This document shows, one piece after another, positions 30,901-43,340 of a stretch of DNA of 64,000 nucleotides. Both the position numbers and the translations under genes were made by a program. The stretch spans positions 868,001 through 932,000 of the forward strand of contig NIVC01000006.1 in assembly GCA_002269645.1 (NCBI GenBank), read 5' to 3'. The notes below the pieces were generated by a model. That model saw only the letters and a program-made list of their open reading frames with translations, was not told where the DNA came from and made no database searches. Origin of the DNA: Macrostomum lignano. Its lineage: Eukaryota. The first letter of the stretch is position 1. Each line of letters starts with the position of its first letter.

Positions 30901-31459
30901 CAAGATAAGATTCCCAAATCCAAAGATAAGATTCCCAAATCCCAAGATAAGATTTCCAAATCCCAAGATAAGATTCCCAAATCCCAAATCTCAAGATAAG
31001 ATTCCCAAATCCCAGAATAAGATTTCCAAATCCCAAGATAAGATTCCAAAATCCCAATATAAAATCACCAGACCCCGAATCCCACAAGATTCACAGAGCA
31101 GCTCAGCCAACACGGACCTGGTTAGCGCTAGGCCGATCCTGATCGCACTGAGGCAGGTCGGGACACTTGACAGTTTCACTCTGCGGCGACAGCCTCCGAC
31201 AGTCGCGGTTGATCAGCTCGACAAACTTGTCCTTGATCTTGACCACCAGGCTGCTCCGATTCCGCTTGCAGCTGCACACTCGAGTCCGGCGGAGGACGCC
31301 CTCATCGCCGCAGGTGACGCTGCACTGGCCAAAGGTCCATACGCACCAATGCTTGGCCAGGCAGCCGCGCATGCACACTACTAACAGTAGAAATATTAGT
31401 AGCGGCATTGAACTGCGCGCTAAACAATTAAAAATGCTACGAGCAGACAAAAGTCCCAT
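27998..31459 (-). CDS. Small type I membrane protein, about 285 aa: signal peptide, one TSP1 domain, TM helix, two PPxY motifs
   Basis: Exons 31459-31118, 30547-30071 and probably 28036-27998, all phase 0. TSP1 WCVWTFGQCSVTCGDEGVLRRTRVC; TM IIAACIITIVLLCVLFA; tail PPPY and PPSY. The last exon is less certain; read-through of exon 2 to the stop at 30020 is an alternative. Confidence 0.8.
28085..29997. repeat. 18-bp satellite (agcatcacacagtccctc) with an approximately 612-630 bp higher-order block
   Basis: About 100 units; the variant pattern at 28261 recurs at 28873. Confidence 0.96.
30610..31065. repeat. About 21-bp minisatellite (aatcccaagataagattccca)
   Basis: Fills intron 1 of the TSP1 gene. 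Confidence 0.9.
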
Positions 31460-31808
31460 GGCAATTGAAGAGCATTGAGTCCTGAAAAAGGTCAAGGCCA
31501 ATGCGCTGAAGAAGTTGAAGTTTGAAATAAAAAATGAATTAATTTGAGTTAAAAATAGAAAGTACACTGTTCAGCACATGCCACAAAACAAATATTTAGA
31601 TAGTTTCATGAACTCCCAAGATGCAAACCAAACACACAACCCAAGTTTCCATGGATCAAAATAGAGAGAAAAATCGGTATTAGAAAAGAATTTTCATGGT
31701 CTAGTCATGAAAAATATAACCAATCAATATATGGCTAAGATATATATAATATTTTATAATGTATACTAGCAATGCAACTTTGCTTTAACAAAAAATATAT
31801 CTTTAAAT

Positions 31809-32172
31809 GGGTCTCCCTAAAACACGCCCCGTACCACCCTGAACTGCTACACATTATAACAATTTGGACTATAACTAAGGCATTTTCAAAGTGTGTTTTC
31901 TGTTAAGCTTCAAGTTTTTATTAAATTTAGTTTTCTCACTTTTAAATATAAAATTTGGTGAATAATAGGTGATATATGAATATGAATAATATAACCTAAT
32001 AATAAAAAAGAAGAATATTAAAAATAATAATATTATTAATAATAATAATTAAAGTTATTTATTTCATTACTCTTATAAGAAATAGTTTTCTCTGCAATTA
32101 AATACTGCATTGACAAAAAATGTTATAATGTGTAGCAGTTTGGGGCAGTGCGGGCGTGTTTTAGGGAGACCC
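31809..32172. mobile_element. 364-bp MITE with 9-bp TSD (Mutator- or Merlin-type duplication length)
   Basis: About 53-bp imperfect TIRs whose first 21 bp (gggtctccctaaaacacgccc) are perfect; tctttaaat at 31800-31808 and 32173-32181. Confidence 0.88.
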
Positions 32173-33639
32173 TCTTTAAATGAGGCATATTAAATGATAA
32201 AAAAATTTAGGGTGCACTATTTCTTTAAAAAAATAGCAAATTATAGATACAATTTTTTTTTTAATTTTCAAGCATCATTCTAGGCAAAGCTATTTTTCTT
32301 AGATGCTTGCAGTTAATGACTCAATTATTCAAATAATGATTACTGGATAGCCTGCCATTAGAGCATGGTCTCTATAATTTTCTTGGCTTCTGAGTCTTTT
32401 TCTTATACAAGTTCTTTTGACATTGCCTTAGCTTTAACTATTTTAAGTATAATCTCTACCTTTGTTCTTTCCAACAAATGTCATTCTGCTTCATTTTTTG
32501 CTTAAGCTTTCTTAATCTACTCAGATGTCTATTGAACTGACTTTTCAAAATTAGTAAAACAACTCTATAATCGTTAGCATGAGATATAAAAAACTTGAGC
32601 TTTGAAGCCCACAAGTTAATATTTATATTCTTGATCAAAATGAAGATATCAATAATTGATATTTAAAAGCACAAGGGGGTTTAAAAGAATGAACACATTT
32701 AGGTAAATGCTAAATGAAATATTGTTAAATCAGTCTATAAAAATAATATAGTGAGTATACTCAATGTACACTTACTAAGTCACAATACAAATAACAGGTA
32801 TTTCTTATTGGCTTTATTTTTATTTTGAAGATCTAATATGACTATTCTTTCTAGCTTCTTTCTTTTTTACATTTTCTAATCTCCTTTCTTTTTATCCTAT
32901 AGCTGCCAGCAATATCTAATACATAGCATAGGTCAAGAATTGGCATAAATATTCTTGTGTAAGAGACACAGTGGGTGGCCATGTCTCTAATATTGGAACT
33001 TATAGGCACAGCTGCTATGCCATGTATATAATCATTGATTGGATGAAAAGATCAATTGATTGAAAAGTTGGAGTTTTTTTATTTGACATTTTTTAAAATT
33101 AAACTTTATTAAATTTTTAAGAGTGACATGAAATAATTTCAAATTGTGGCTGCAATTATATATGTGTAGCTAGGCCTACTAAAAAAGAAATATTTTTTTC
33201 AATACATAGCTATTGGCTGCACTTTGAGATTTAGTATTATTCTTATTAAAAATTAATTTAATTTAATTAGTGAATTATTTGATTTTAATTAAAAAAACTT
33301 AGAAAATTCAAGACAAAAATTGTTGTTCGCTAAAAAAATTCAAATTAAAAAACTCCAAACCACTTGGGATTCAAACCTTGCTACATACAATCTTAAGGCA
33401 ATCATCTTATCCACTAAGCTACCATTTGATTATGAGAGAGCCATACAGAGCATACATTTTATATCAATGATTATAGCCATGCTTATAAGCTCCAATATTA
33501 TAGACATGGCCCCCATGCCTAAAGTACTCCATTATTATTATTAATATTAATAAGTTAACTTGCCTCCATTTTTAATAAACCATCTTTATTAGATACCATT
33601 TAATATATTCTTATCTTATATTTAAGAATTTTTTTACCT

Positions 33640-34123
33640 AAATTTTAGCAGTTGTTATTGTTATGGTGATTGTATAAATAACAAAACGGTTATTTTTATG
33701 GTTAACACATAAGAGTAAGACACTATGCAGGCCTATGGTCTTTACTTAATATAACCATATAAATAGCAAAACTGTTATTTTTATGGTCACTGTAGGAAGA
33801 AAGCAAAATGGCCATTTTTACGGTCATGTGAAATAAATTTCTATTAAATTATAAGGTAATACTAATAGTAACAATTACCTAAAATGAGCTACCATGGCAA
33901 AAACCACTAGAAGTTACCATGGTATTTATTAATAAAATGTTTCAAAAAAACATTTCATAAAAAATGCTTCATAAAACATTTTAACTATCATAGTATATTG
34001 CATAGCAAGTTTGTCACTTCATTTAGATGGTATTTGTTTTAAGTGTTATTAACTGTAAAAATAACCATCTCGCTATTTATTATATGGTTAGGCTACCGTA
34101 ACAATAACAACTGCCCAAAATTT
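33640..34123. mobile_element. Old degenerate MITE
   Basis: aaattttagcagttgttattgttatgg... pairs with ...ccgtaacaataacaactgcccaaaattt over about 70 bp with many transitions. Confidence 0.6.
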
Positions 34124-35392
34124 ATCTAGGCCCCTAACCTAATGCATTTACCTAAATTGGAGCTTGATTTTTATTGTTAGTCATGACTCCTCTCCATATC
34201 ATAGTCAATTTTACTGTTCCACATTTTACTAGGGCCTAATAATAACATCAAGTTTAGACTAATTAATAGATAAAAAAATTAAGGTTAAGCCTATTGACTA
34301 GAGATTCAGTAACTAAACTAAGATTACCTGACCTAAATTTCGATCTTGGAGAAAAAATACCTAAATTTAAGATCCGAAAATAAAGGATCTAATGATGCAC
34401 ACTTTAGTAGGTTCTAGGTAGTTTCTAAATTCTAACTTATAGTTATTTCTATTTTAAACATCACCTGTAAAAAATAAAGATCCAATACAGTTTACAGTTC
34501 TGAATTCTGGTCTAAATGTCTGTCTGTCAATATCTAGAAACCATGCCTTATAATAAATAATTGAATATTAAATCCTGCTGGAACTTGTGAAATGTGAAGT
34601 GTTCTTAAATTAAAATTATTGTCATTTCGAGGAAAAAGTTTTTTTTTCAAAAGGTCAAATAAATTGTAATGTACAACCATTAAAGCAAATGTTTTAAATT
34701 GTCATTTTAAAAAAATATTAATTTGACTGAATGCTGACAATATATTCAAATAATACGAGAAAACAGCAAAATGAGTTGATCAATAAAATAACTGCGTCTA
34801 TTCATACACTATTATCGACATTTCGTGATTTAACATGTTTAACATGCAATAATTTTATCCGAAACACGTCACTTGTTGCCTCTCTAGTGGTTTGCTGGGA
34901 ATTCTATATGCATTCTAATAACACAAGTATACATACATGTATCTATAGATACAGGATATATAATGGCCTTAACTTCAAATCATTGTATCTACATTTTCTG
35001 AGTCTTTTAGTTGTTAGTTAGTAGCGCCTTTTAGGTGTGAATTTTTATGCCACAGCTCTAAAGCATATGCCGTATGACTTACTTAAGATACATTCTATAA
35101 TCAAACTAAGGGTAAAGGTTGTGATTTATGATCTAATGGCAATGCCAAAATTTCCTCCATAATTCACTATGACCTGGACATAGGGAGTTTATAAAGAATG
35201 GCAGCGATAGTTTAACTTATTACTTATTAGCAGTAACCAGTATTAACTTTATGTATTTATGTATTGTATAGCCTATATAATATAGAATGACTGAGACTAT
35301 TATTTGAATTTTAGCCTCTACCACTCCAATTATATAATGTTTAATTTTTAATAAGCATAAAAATCTCCATTGATTTAGTCCTTAACCCAGGA

Positions 35393-35898
35393 CTAAATCC
35401 TGCAGTCCAAGGCCCTACCCGACCGCCAGAGGGCGGCGCTGTTCCAGGCGGTGATCGAGACCGTCCTGTTATACAACGCCGAGACCTGGACGCTGACAGA
35501 CTCGCTCGAGGCTCAAGTCGACGCGGCGCACGCTGGCCTGCTGCGCGCCGCCTTCAAGATCGGCAACGAGCGAGTCACCAACACGGCGCTCTATCATCGC
35601 GCCGGCCTGGCCCGTCCTAGCGATCTGCTGCGCCGTCGGCGACTCCAGCTGGCAGGCCACGTCATCCGCGCCGAGGCCTACTGCCCGGAGCCAGTGCAGG
35701 AGGTGCTGCTACTTACGTTGCAGGCACCCTACCGGCAGGGACAGGCGAGGACTCGGCGCTACGTCGACTGTCTGCTGGCTGACGCCGGCGCCCCGGACTC
35801 TGCCGGCGGTGCGGCTTTTGTTCGCGCCCAAGCTTTGAAGCGCGCCATCTGACGCTGCTTTTGTGATCTGGCAGCGTACTCTGTTGTTGTTGTTGTTG
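35393..35898 (+). mobile_element. 5'-truncated RTE-type non-LTR retrotransposon (3' end of ORF2)
   Basis: LFQAVIETVLLYNAETWTL...VTNTALY...RRRRLQLAGHVIR matches the post-RT region of RTE-type elements; (GTT)n tail; 11-bp TSD ttaacccagga at 35382-35392 and 35899-35909. Confidence 0.85.
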
Positions 35899-36939
35899 TT
35901 AACCCAGGAACTAAGACTTAAATGCATAGTTGAGAAGCACATTGTATGCCTGTTAGCTATCAGTCAAAATGCTTATACTAGGCAACACAATGACTGCAAC
36001 CTGGCAGAAAATATTATATAGTTATAAGTGCTTGATGTTGTCTAGGTATGATTTATATTGAAAGTAAAGAAAGTGGGTAAATATAAATTAATTTAAGAAA
36101 CTAGGACATTGCCTTTTTATTATACTTGAAAAAGCATAGCAAGAAATAGGTAAAAATTCATTTATTTTTATTGCATTATGTTATGCCTATCTCTAATTAG
36201 GTTCTAATGGTCTTTTAATCTATTTTTTTATGATAGCAAGATAGCAAGACCCTACAATCTTGTTGGTAAGGACAGTTGGCTTGTTAGGGTCTACAAAATA
36301 AAGTTGATAATTTATAGTTTCAAGCTAGAAAAAGCTAGTAAATATAAATAAAAAATATAGTAAACTATGAGTTTGCCAAACATCTATATCTAGCTTTCCA
36401 TAGCCATGTCTAAAGAATACTAGAAAATAAGCAAAACTTTACTAAATTTACTATTTGGCTTAGCTAGATAAAAATAATAAGTCTTGACTATACTACTGAC
36501 GGGGGGCGCAGGCGCCGCAAACAGGCCGTGAGGCCCCTATCGCAAAAGTCTTGACTATATACATGTATTATAATTTTAATAATAAACTGATTAGATTTTA
36601 GGATAATGAGCAATGTTTTTTAACCTAGGCTGTTTGTCAAATTATGCTTTGTCATCTGCATAATGCTATTAAAAATTATTATACTAATTGAATTTTTTGT
36701 AAACCTTTTTGTTATAGTAATTTATTGGCATTCTTAAACATTTTTTTACTTGTCAATGTCTTCTTTTTGAGAATTTGCTAAATATAGAACATTTATTTCA
36801 TTAAACTGTTTGTGTTCTAAGTAAAAGAATTAGTTCGTTTTGTCTTAAATTTTGCATATGACCCTGGCAAAGAAATTTAAATCATTACAGTACATTTTAT
36901 AACTCCATTGCATGCAAATTTCTTCTCAGTGAAGCCAGC

Positions 36940-39900
36940 ATGGTGCAAATCAAAGAAAGCATTGAATTGCTGCTAAAAATTCTGCACAGCTTTGGCTTCA
37001 GTCGTATGAAAGCGGAGATATTTCGGCTGGCAAAGTTCAACGAGCCTGGAGCTGTCAAAGAGCTCTGGCGTCTGCTGTTTGAAACCATCTACTATGTGAA
37101 ATATGGCGATGTGGATGAGGTCTGCGTCCGGGCATTCACCTCCTTCACTAGTCAGGAGCTGGTTGTATTTCTCAAACGGGAGCTCACCAGGCTGGGGTTC
37201 TATTGTCGAGATTTCGATCTGCTGCCGGAGGATCAGGTGAGCCATGCACTGTGGGATTCTACATAGTTAAATAGGATTCTAAATAGTTGAAAATTTTTAA
37301 CTATTTAAACAGAGTTCGGGCTCCCGTGAGCTTCTGTTGGCATTCGGCTGGCTGGCTTGCAAGGAGACTTTGCTCCAGCGCTTTGCTCGCCAGCTCACTT
37401 CTCCGCTGGACTTTGAGCATTTTGAGCAGTCGGATTCGTTTACTCGCAGGCAGAATGGAGCTTCGCAGGGTGAGGCGCCAGTCAGCGGTCTGTCTGGCGA
37501 TGTGTGCAACGATCTCAAACAGCTGGTCTGGCTCAATGGCAAGCTGAGGATGACTCTGAAACAGCTGCAGGTGAAACTTGCGCCCAGTGTGATTGGCTGG
37601 TTAGAGATGACTTGCTTAGTCGCTCTTTGATTGGCTGGTTAAGACATGACTTGCTTAGTCGCTCTCTGATTGGCTGGTTAAAGAGGACTTGCGTAGTCGC
37701 TCTCTGATTGGCTGGTTAAAGAGGACTTGTGTAGTCGCTCTCTGATTGGCTGGTTAAAGAGGACTTGCTTACGGTAGTCGCTCTCTGATTGGTTGGTCAG
37801 AGATGACTTGCTTAGTCGCTCTCTGATTGGCTGGTTAAAGAGGACTTGTGTAGTCGCTCTCTGGTTGGCTGGTTAAGAGACGACTTGCTTAGTCGCTCTC
37901 TGATTGGCTTATCAATGCACGAGCAAAGCAAAAGCGACAAATTATATTACTTTTTCAGGCGGCCACCAAGGCGGGAGCCAGCAAGGCGCAGGCGGTGGCC
38001 GCAGCATCTGGCGGTCGCCGGACACCATTGGAACTGTTTTTGGCCCGGCACCCGGACATGCTGAGCCGAAATCTGCAGCTACTCGAACGGGACAATGAGC
38101 GGTTGCAATGCCTGTTGCGGTGGAAAGATTTCGAAGAGGAGTTCTGGTTGTGGATGGAGAGCGTGTTGGACTTAAAGGTGGGCTGTGCTGATACAGATGA
38201 CCTACACCTGAGTCTAGATTCTAATCCCACACCTGAGTCTAGATTCTAATCCCACACATTAGTCTAGATTATAATCCCACACCTGAGTCTAGATTCTAAT
38301 CCCACACATTAGTCTAGATTCTAATCCCACACCTGAGTCTAGATTCTAATCCCACACCTGAGTCTAGATTCTAATCCCACACATTAGTCTAGATTCTAAT
38401 CCCACACCTGAGTCTAGATTCTAATTCCACACATTAGTCTAGATTCTAATCCCACACCTGAGTCTAGATTCTAATCCCACACCTGAGTCTAGATTCTAAT
38501 CCCACACATTAGTCTAGATTCTAATCCCACACCTGAGTCTAGATTCTAATCCCACACCTGAGTCTAGATTCTAATTCCACACATTAGTCTAGATTCTAAT
38601 CCCACACATTAGTCTAGATTCTAATCCCACACCTGAGTCTAGATTCTAATCCCACACCTGAGTCTAGATTCTAATCCCACACATTAGTCTAGATTATAAT
38701 CCCACACCTGAGTCTAGATTCTAATTCCACACATTAGTCTAGATTCTAATCCCACACCTGAGTCTAGATTCTAATCCCACACCTGAGTCTAGATTCTAAT
38801 CCCACACATTAGTCTAGATTATAATCCCACACCTGAGTCTAGATTCTAATCCCACACCTGAGTCTAGATTCTAATTCCACACCTGAGTCTAGATTATAAT
38901 CCCACACCTGAGTCTAGATTCTAATCCCACACCTGAGTCTAGATTCTAATCCCACACCTGAGTCTAGATTATAATCCCACACCTGAGTCTTCTAGATTAT
39001 AATCCCACACCTGAGTCTAGATTCGCATCCCACACCTGAAGGATTATTATCCTGTCGTAAAACCCCATCAGGTTCAGGAGGCCGAAGCTGCCGCTGCCGA
39101 CTACGCTGAGTCATTCGAAGAAGGTGGCGATACAGCCGCAACTGCGGCCGCCCCCGAGGCGACTTCAACTTCGCTGACCGAGGCGCACAAGAGGCTGCAC
39201 GACTCGCTAGTGAAGTACGAGTGCATCGCCGAGCTGCTTGAAACGCAGTGGCGCGAACGGAGTCTGCGAGTGTCGCCTCAGGAGCTGGATCTCATGATTG
39301 GACAGGTGAGCTTTGCGTTGGCTTTTAGCGTAATGCTCTGATTGGTCAGGAGAAAAGTTTAGTGGCTTGTCGCTTTCTGATTGGTCAGGAGAGAATCTAG
39401 TAGATTGTCGCTCTCTGATTGGTCAGATAATAATCTAGTAGATTGCCGCTTTCTAATTGATCAGGAGAGAATATAGTAGATTGTCGCTCTCTAATTGGTC
39501 AGGAGACAATCTAGTAGATTGTCACTCTCTGATTGGTCAGGAGAGAACCTAGCAGATTGCCGCTCTCTGATTGGTCAGCAGAGACCCTAGCAGATTGCCG
39601 CTCTCTGATTGGTCAGGAGAGAACCTAGCAGATTGCCGCTCTCTGATTGGTCAGCAGAGACCCTAGCAGATTGCCGCTCTCTGATTGGTCAGGAGAGAAC
39701 CTAGCAGATTGCCGCTCTCTGATTGGTCAGCAGAGACCCTAGCAGATTGCCGCTCTCTGATTGGTCAGGAGAGAACCTAGCAGATTGCCGCTCTCTGATT
39801 GGTCAGGAGAGAACCTAGCAGATTGCCGCTCTCTGATTTGTCAGGAGTGAACCTAGCAGATTGCCGCTCTCTGATTGGTCAGCAGAGATTCTAGCAGATT

Positions 39901-40554
39901 GCCACTCTCTGATTGGTCAGGAGAAAATCTAGTAGATTGCCACTCTCTGATTGGTCAGGAGAAAATCTAGTAGATTGCCACTCTCTGATTGGTCAGGAGA
40001 AAATCTAGTAGATTGCCGCTCTCTGATTTGTCAGGAGTGAACCTAGCAGATTGCTGCTCTCTGATTGGTCAGGAGAAAATCTAGTAGATTGCCACTCTCT
40101 GATTGGTCAGCAGAGAACATAGCAGATTGCCGCTCTCTGATTGGTCAGGAGTGAACCTAGCAGATTGCCGCTATCTGATTGGTCAGGAGAGAACTAATAA
40201 AAGCTTTAAAGATTATCGATAAATTTCGCTGCCAAAATCCTCGCCCAGGTGGACAGGGAGATCGGGCATTTCGCCGAGCACTACGAGCGCCTGGCCGCGG
40301 AGCCGGAGTGCCCGGCAGCTTACTACGCCGAGCACTCTCTGCCGGCGGAGCCGGGCCAGTGGCTCAGCGAATCTCTGATCGCCCGAATGCCCGAAGCCGA
40401 ATCGAAAATGGAACGCGAAATTCAACGCCTGGAATCTGTGCTGGCCAAATTGGAATTCGATGTGGAAAAGAATTATTCGGAGTTCAAGACGGATTTGCAG
40501 ACTGCTAGTAGGCAGAATTGTGACAGTCTGCTGATCTTTGATCCTGTGCGCTGA
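36940..40554 (+). CDS. TEDC1: Tubulin epsilon and delta complex protein 1, about 437 aa
   Basis: Phase-0 exons 36940-37236, 37313-37570, 37959-38177, 39072-39305, 40249-40554 (1314 nt). Motifs EIFRLAKF...LWRLLF, LPEDQSSGSRELLLAFGWL, WLNGKLR and LLERDNERL..L.W....FW.WMESVL match TEDC1/C14orf80 as I recall it. Confidence 0.9.
37590..37910. repeat. About 38-bp ATTGG-containing minisatellite in TEDC1 intron 2
   Basis: gtcgctctctgattggctggttaaagaggacttg units. Confidence 0.92.
38205..39040. repeat. 25-bp minisatellite in TEDC1 intron 3
   Basis: cccacacctgagtctagattctaat, about 33 units. Confidence 0.96.
39345..40192. repeat. 38-bp ATTGG-containing minisatellite in TEDC1 intron 4
   Basis: gattgccgctctctgattggtcaggagagaacctagca, about 22 units. 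Confidence 0.95.
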
Positions 40555-40769
40555 GCCTGGGACTGGCTGAATGGCGGTGGAGAAGAATCCGCGGCTGTTG
40601 CATCCTGATTTGTCCTTTTATGTTCTTCACATGCGAATAATTTCCCTTTGATTCTGGAATCTTAGTTACTAATCATGAAACAAATATTCATAGAGTTAAT
40701 CCCTTAATACCTTCCATATTCCCACTCGGCACACCTAGTAGTCCTCTAATCCGCAAATAGTTCCCCGAT

Positions 40770-41060
40770 CTGCATCCCTAATATTTACCTAATGTACATT
40801 CCTAATATTTCTCTAATGTACATCTCTAATATTTACCTAATGTACATCTCTAATATTTACCTAATGTACATCTCTAATATTTACCTAATGTACATCTCTA
40901 ATATTTACCTAATTGACATCCCTAATAGTTCCCTAATGTACCTCCCTAATAGCTACCTAATTTACATCCCTAATAGTTACCTAATTTGAATCCCTAATAG
41001 TTACCTAATTTGCATCCCTAATAGTTACCTAATTACATCCCTAATATTAACCACCTAATT
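40770..41060. repeat. 24-bp minisatellite (atttacctaatgtacatctctaat)
   Basis: Related to the array at 42935-43340. Confidence 0.85.
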
Positions 41061-41729
41061 TGTTTTCTCAATATTCTCTAATCCGCACTTATAATATTCC
41101 TTCTAATCTGAATCCCTAAGTTTCCATTAATCCCCATAAAAATCTTCCCAGCCAATGCTTAATCTTTATCGTTAGATGTTATACCCAATATCTTAACCAT
41201 TTTTAAGCGTCAGTGGTGTCGAATAAACTTATAGCAGAAGTTTTTTTCATTTTCTTTTTTTAAAGCACACTGAATGAAATCAGCTTTTCTGTGGTTTTGA
41301 TATCACCGTCATTCCTTCTTTGCACCGCTCTGTTATATTGGCATGTTAGAACGTACTACGCACTATATTGTATATTGCATGTGTACATAGACCTGTAAGC
41401 TGCACAATGCCTCTGGTCACTTATCTTTTTTATTATCTGTGCTGTGTAACTTATTGCCATGTAGAAGAGCTGTTCTTTTAAATAAATTATAAACTGTGTT
41501 TATATCCGAACAGTTCTACTACTTAGCTTTTAGTTTAGTAGTATTTGCGACAAAAACATTTTCGCGTTAATATTGCCTCCTTCTCTTATTGTGTTTATTA
41601 GTCTTCTGTCTGTGCATTGGCCTAGAAAATGCCACTTATTTACATTACATTAGTTCTGTACTACATTTGCATCGTTGTGTCACCTTGCGCGTTTCAAAAT
41701 CGGGCGAGTCGCCTTGATGATAATAAGCC

Positions 41730-42310
41730 TACCCCAGTTTCCTACCATGTCAACCCCCACCCCAGTTTCCTATCCCCGTCAACCTCCACCCCAGTTTCCT
41801 ACCCCGCCAACCCCCACCCCAGTTTCCTAACCCCGCCAACCTCCACCCCAGTTTCCTACCCCCGCCAACCTCCACCCCAGTTTCCTACCCCCGCCAACCC
41901 CCACCCCAGTTTCCTACCCCCGCCAACCCCCACCCCAGTTTCCTACCCCTGCCAACCCCACCCCAGTTTCCTACCCCGCCAACCCCCACCCCAGTTTCCT
42001 ACCCCCGCCAACCTCCACCCCAGTTTCCTACCCCCGCCAACCTCCACCCCAGTTTCCTACCCCGCCAACCTCCACCCCAGTTTCCTACCCCCGCCAACCC
42101 CCACCCCAGTTTCCTACCCCCGCCAACCCCCACCCCAGTTTCCTACCCCTGCCAACCCCACCCCAGTTTCCTACCCCCGCCAACCCCCACCCCAGTTTCC
42201 TACCCCCGCCAACCCCCACCCCAGTTTCCTACCCCCAACCCCCACCCCAGTTTCCTAACCCCGCCAACCCCCACCCAGTTTCCTAACCCCGCCAACCCCC
42301 ACCCAGTTTC
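41730..42310. repeat. 27-28 bp C-rich minisatellite (ccccaccccagtttcctacccccgccaa)
   Basis: About 21 units. Confidence 0.95.
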
Positions 42311-42934
42311 CAATTTTATTCAGCATTCTTTGTAGTCTCTCGTAGACTCGCAGTAAAGTAATTCAAGCGTCACATTCCAAGGAGCAGGTTTCTAGAATTA
42401 AATATTTTTACCATGACGTTAGGCTGTGCTGCAATCAATGTTTACGCAACTGTAGTTCCAATGTAAAAATTTAGACTAGACTATAGATACGCTTGCACTA
42501 ATATTTGCACTCATAAATTGCTAATTTTAGCATTCAAATCGTTTGTTGTTATTGTGCAATTTTGAATTGTGTTTTTTTTCTGTTGTGCATTCGGCAGCAC
42601 CGTTATTCAGCCCAGGAAAGAAAATCTCGGAAAATTTATAAATAAACAGCCTAAAAGATTTATTGTGAGCTTTACTAATCTGCCGTCCTTTGCGAATCGT
42701 TAAAATTTAACTTAAAGTTCAACTTACTAAAGAAGAATCCATGTCTTTTGCGTGTCAAAGTTCTTTGCAAGTGGTGGGTGGCAATACAGGTAGTTGCTAT
42801 TAAAATTCCATTGCAAAAGTATTAAATTTTTTTTTACTTTTGCGCTAGATGCACAGTGACATCTTCCAACTGACGGAGACAATCGCTAATTAGGTACAGA
42901 CTAGAGATAGTCTTCTTTCTTAGAGACAAAAGTT

Positions 42935-43340
42935 CCTTAATCCACATCCCTATAATAGTCCCCATAATCTAAATTCCTAATAGTCCCCTAAACCGCATCC
43001 TTAAAATCCCTTAATCCACATCCCTAACAATCCCCTAATCCACATCCCTAATAGTCCCCTAATCCAGATCTCCAATAGTTCCCTAATCCACATCCCTAAT
43101 AGTTCCCTAATCCACATCTCTAATAGTTTTCTAATCCATATCTCTAATAGTTCCCTAATCCACATCTCTAATAGTTCCCTAATCCACATCCCTAATAGTC
43201 CCCTAATCCACATCCCTAATAGTCCCCTAATCCGTATCCCTAATAGTCCCCTAATCCGTATCCCTAATAGTCCCCTAAACCGCATCCTTAAAATCCCTTC
43301 ATCCACATCCCTAACAATCCCCTAATCCGCATCCCTAAAA
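42935..43340. repeat. 24-bp minisatellite (ctaatccacatccctaatagtccc)
   Basis: About 16 units. Confidence 0.92.

Noticed and set aside
36493-36545. Hammerhead core in the 53-bp insert
   Set aside because: It reads CTGACGG and GCAAA rather than CTGANGA and GAAA.
41629-42258. Extensin-like Pro-rich 209-aa ORF with hydrophobic N-terminus
   Set aside because: The repeat units are 27-28 bp and drift between frames; there is no splice or codon support.
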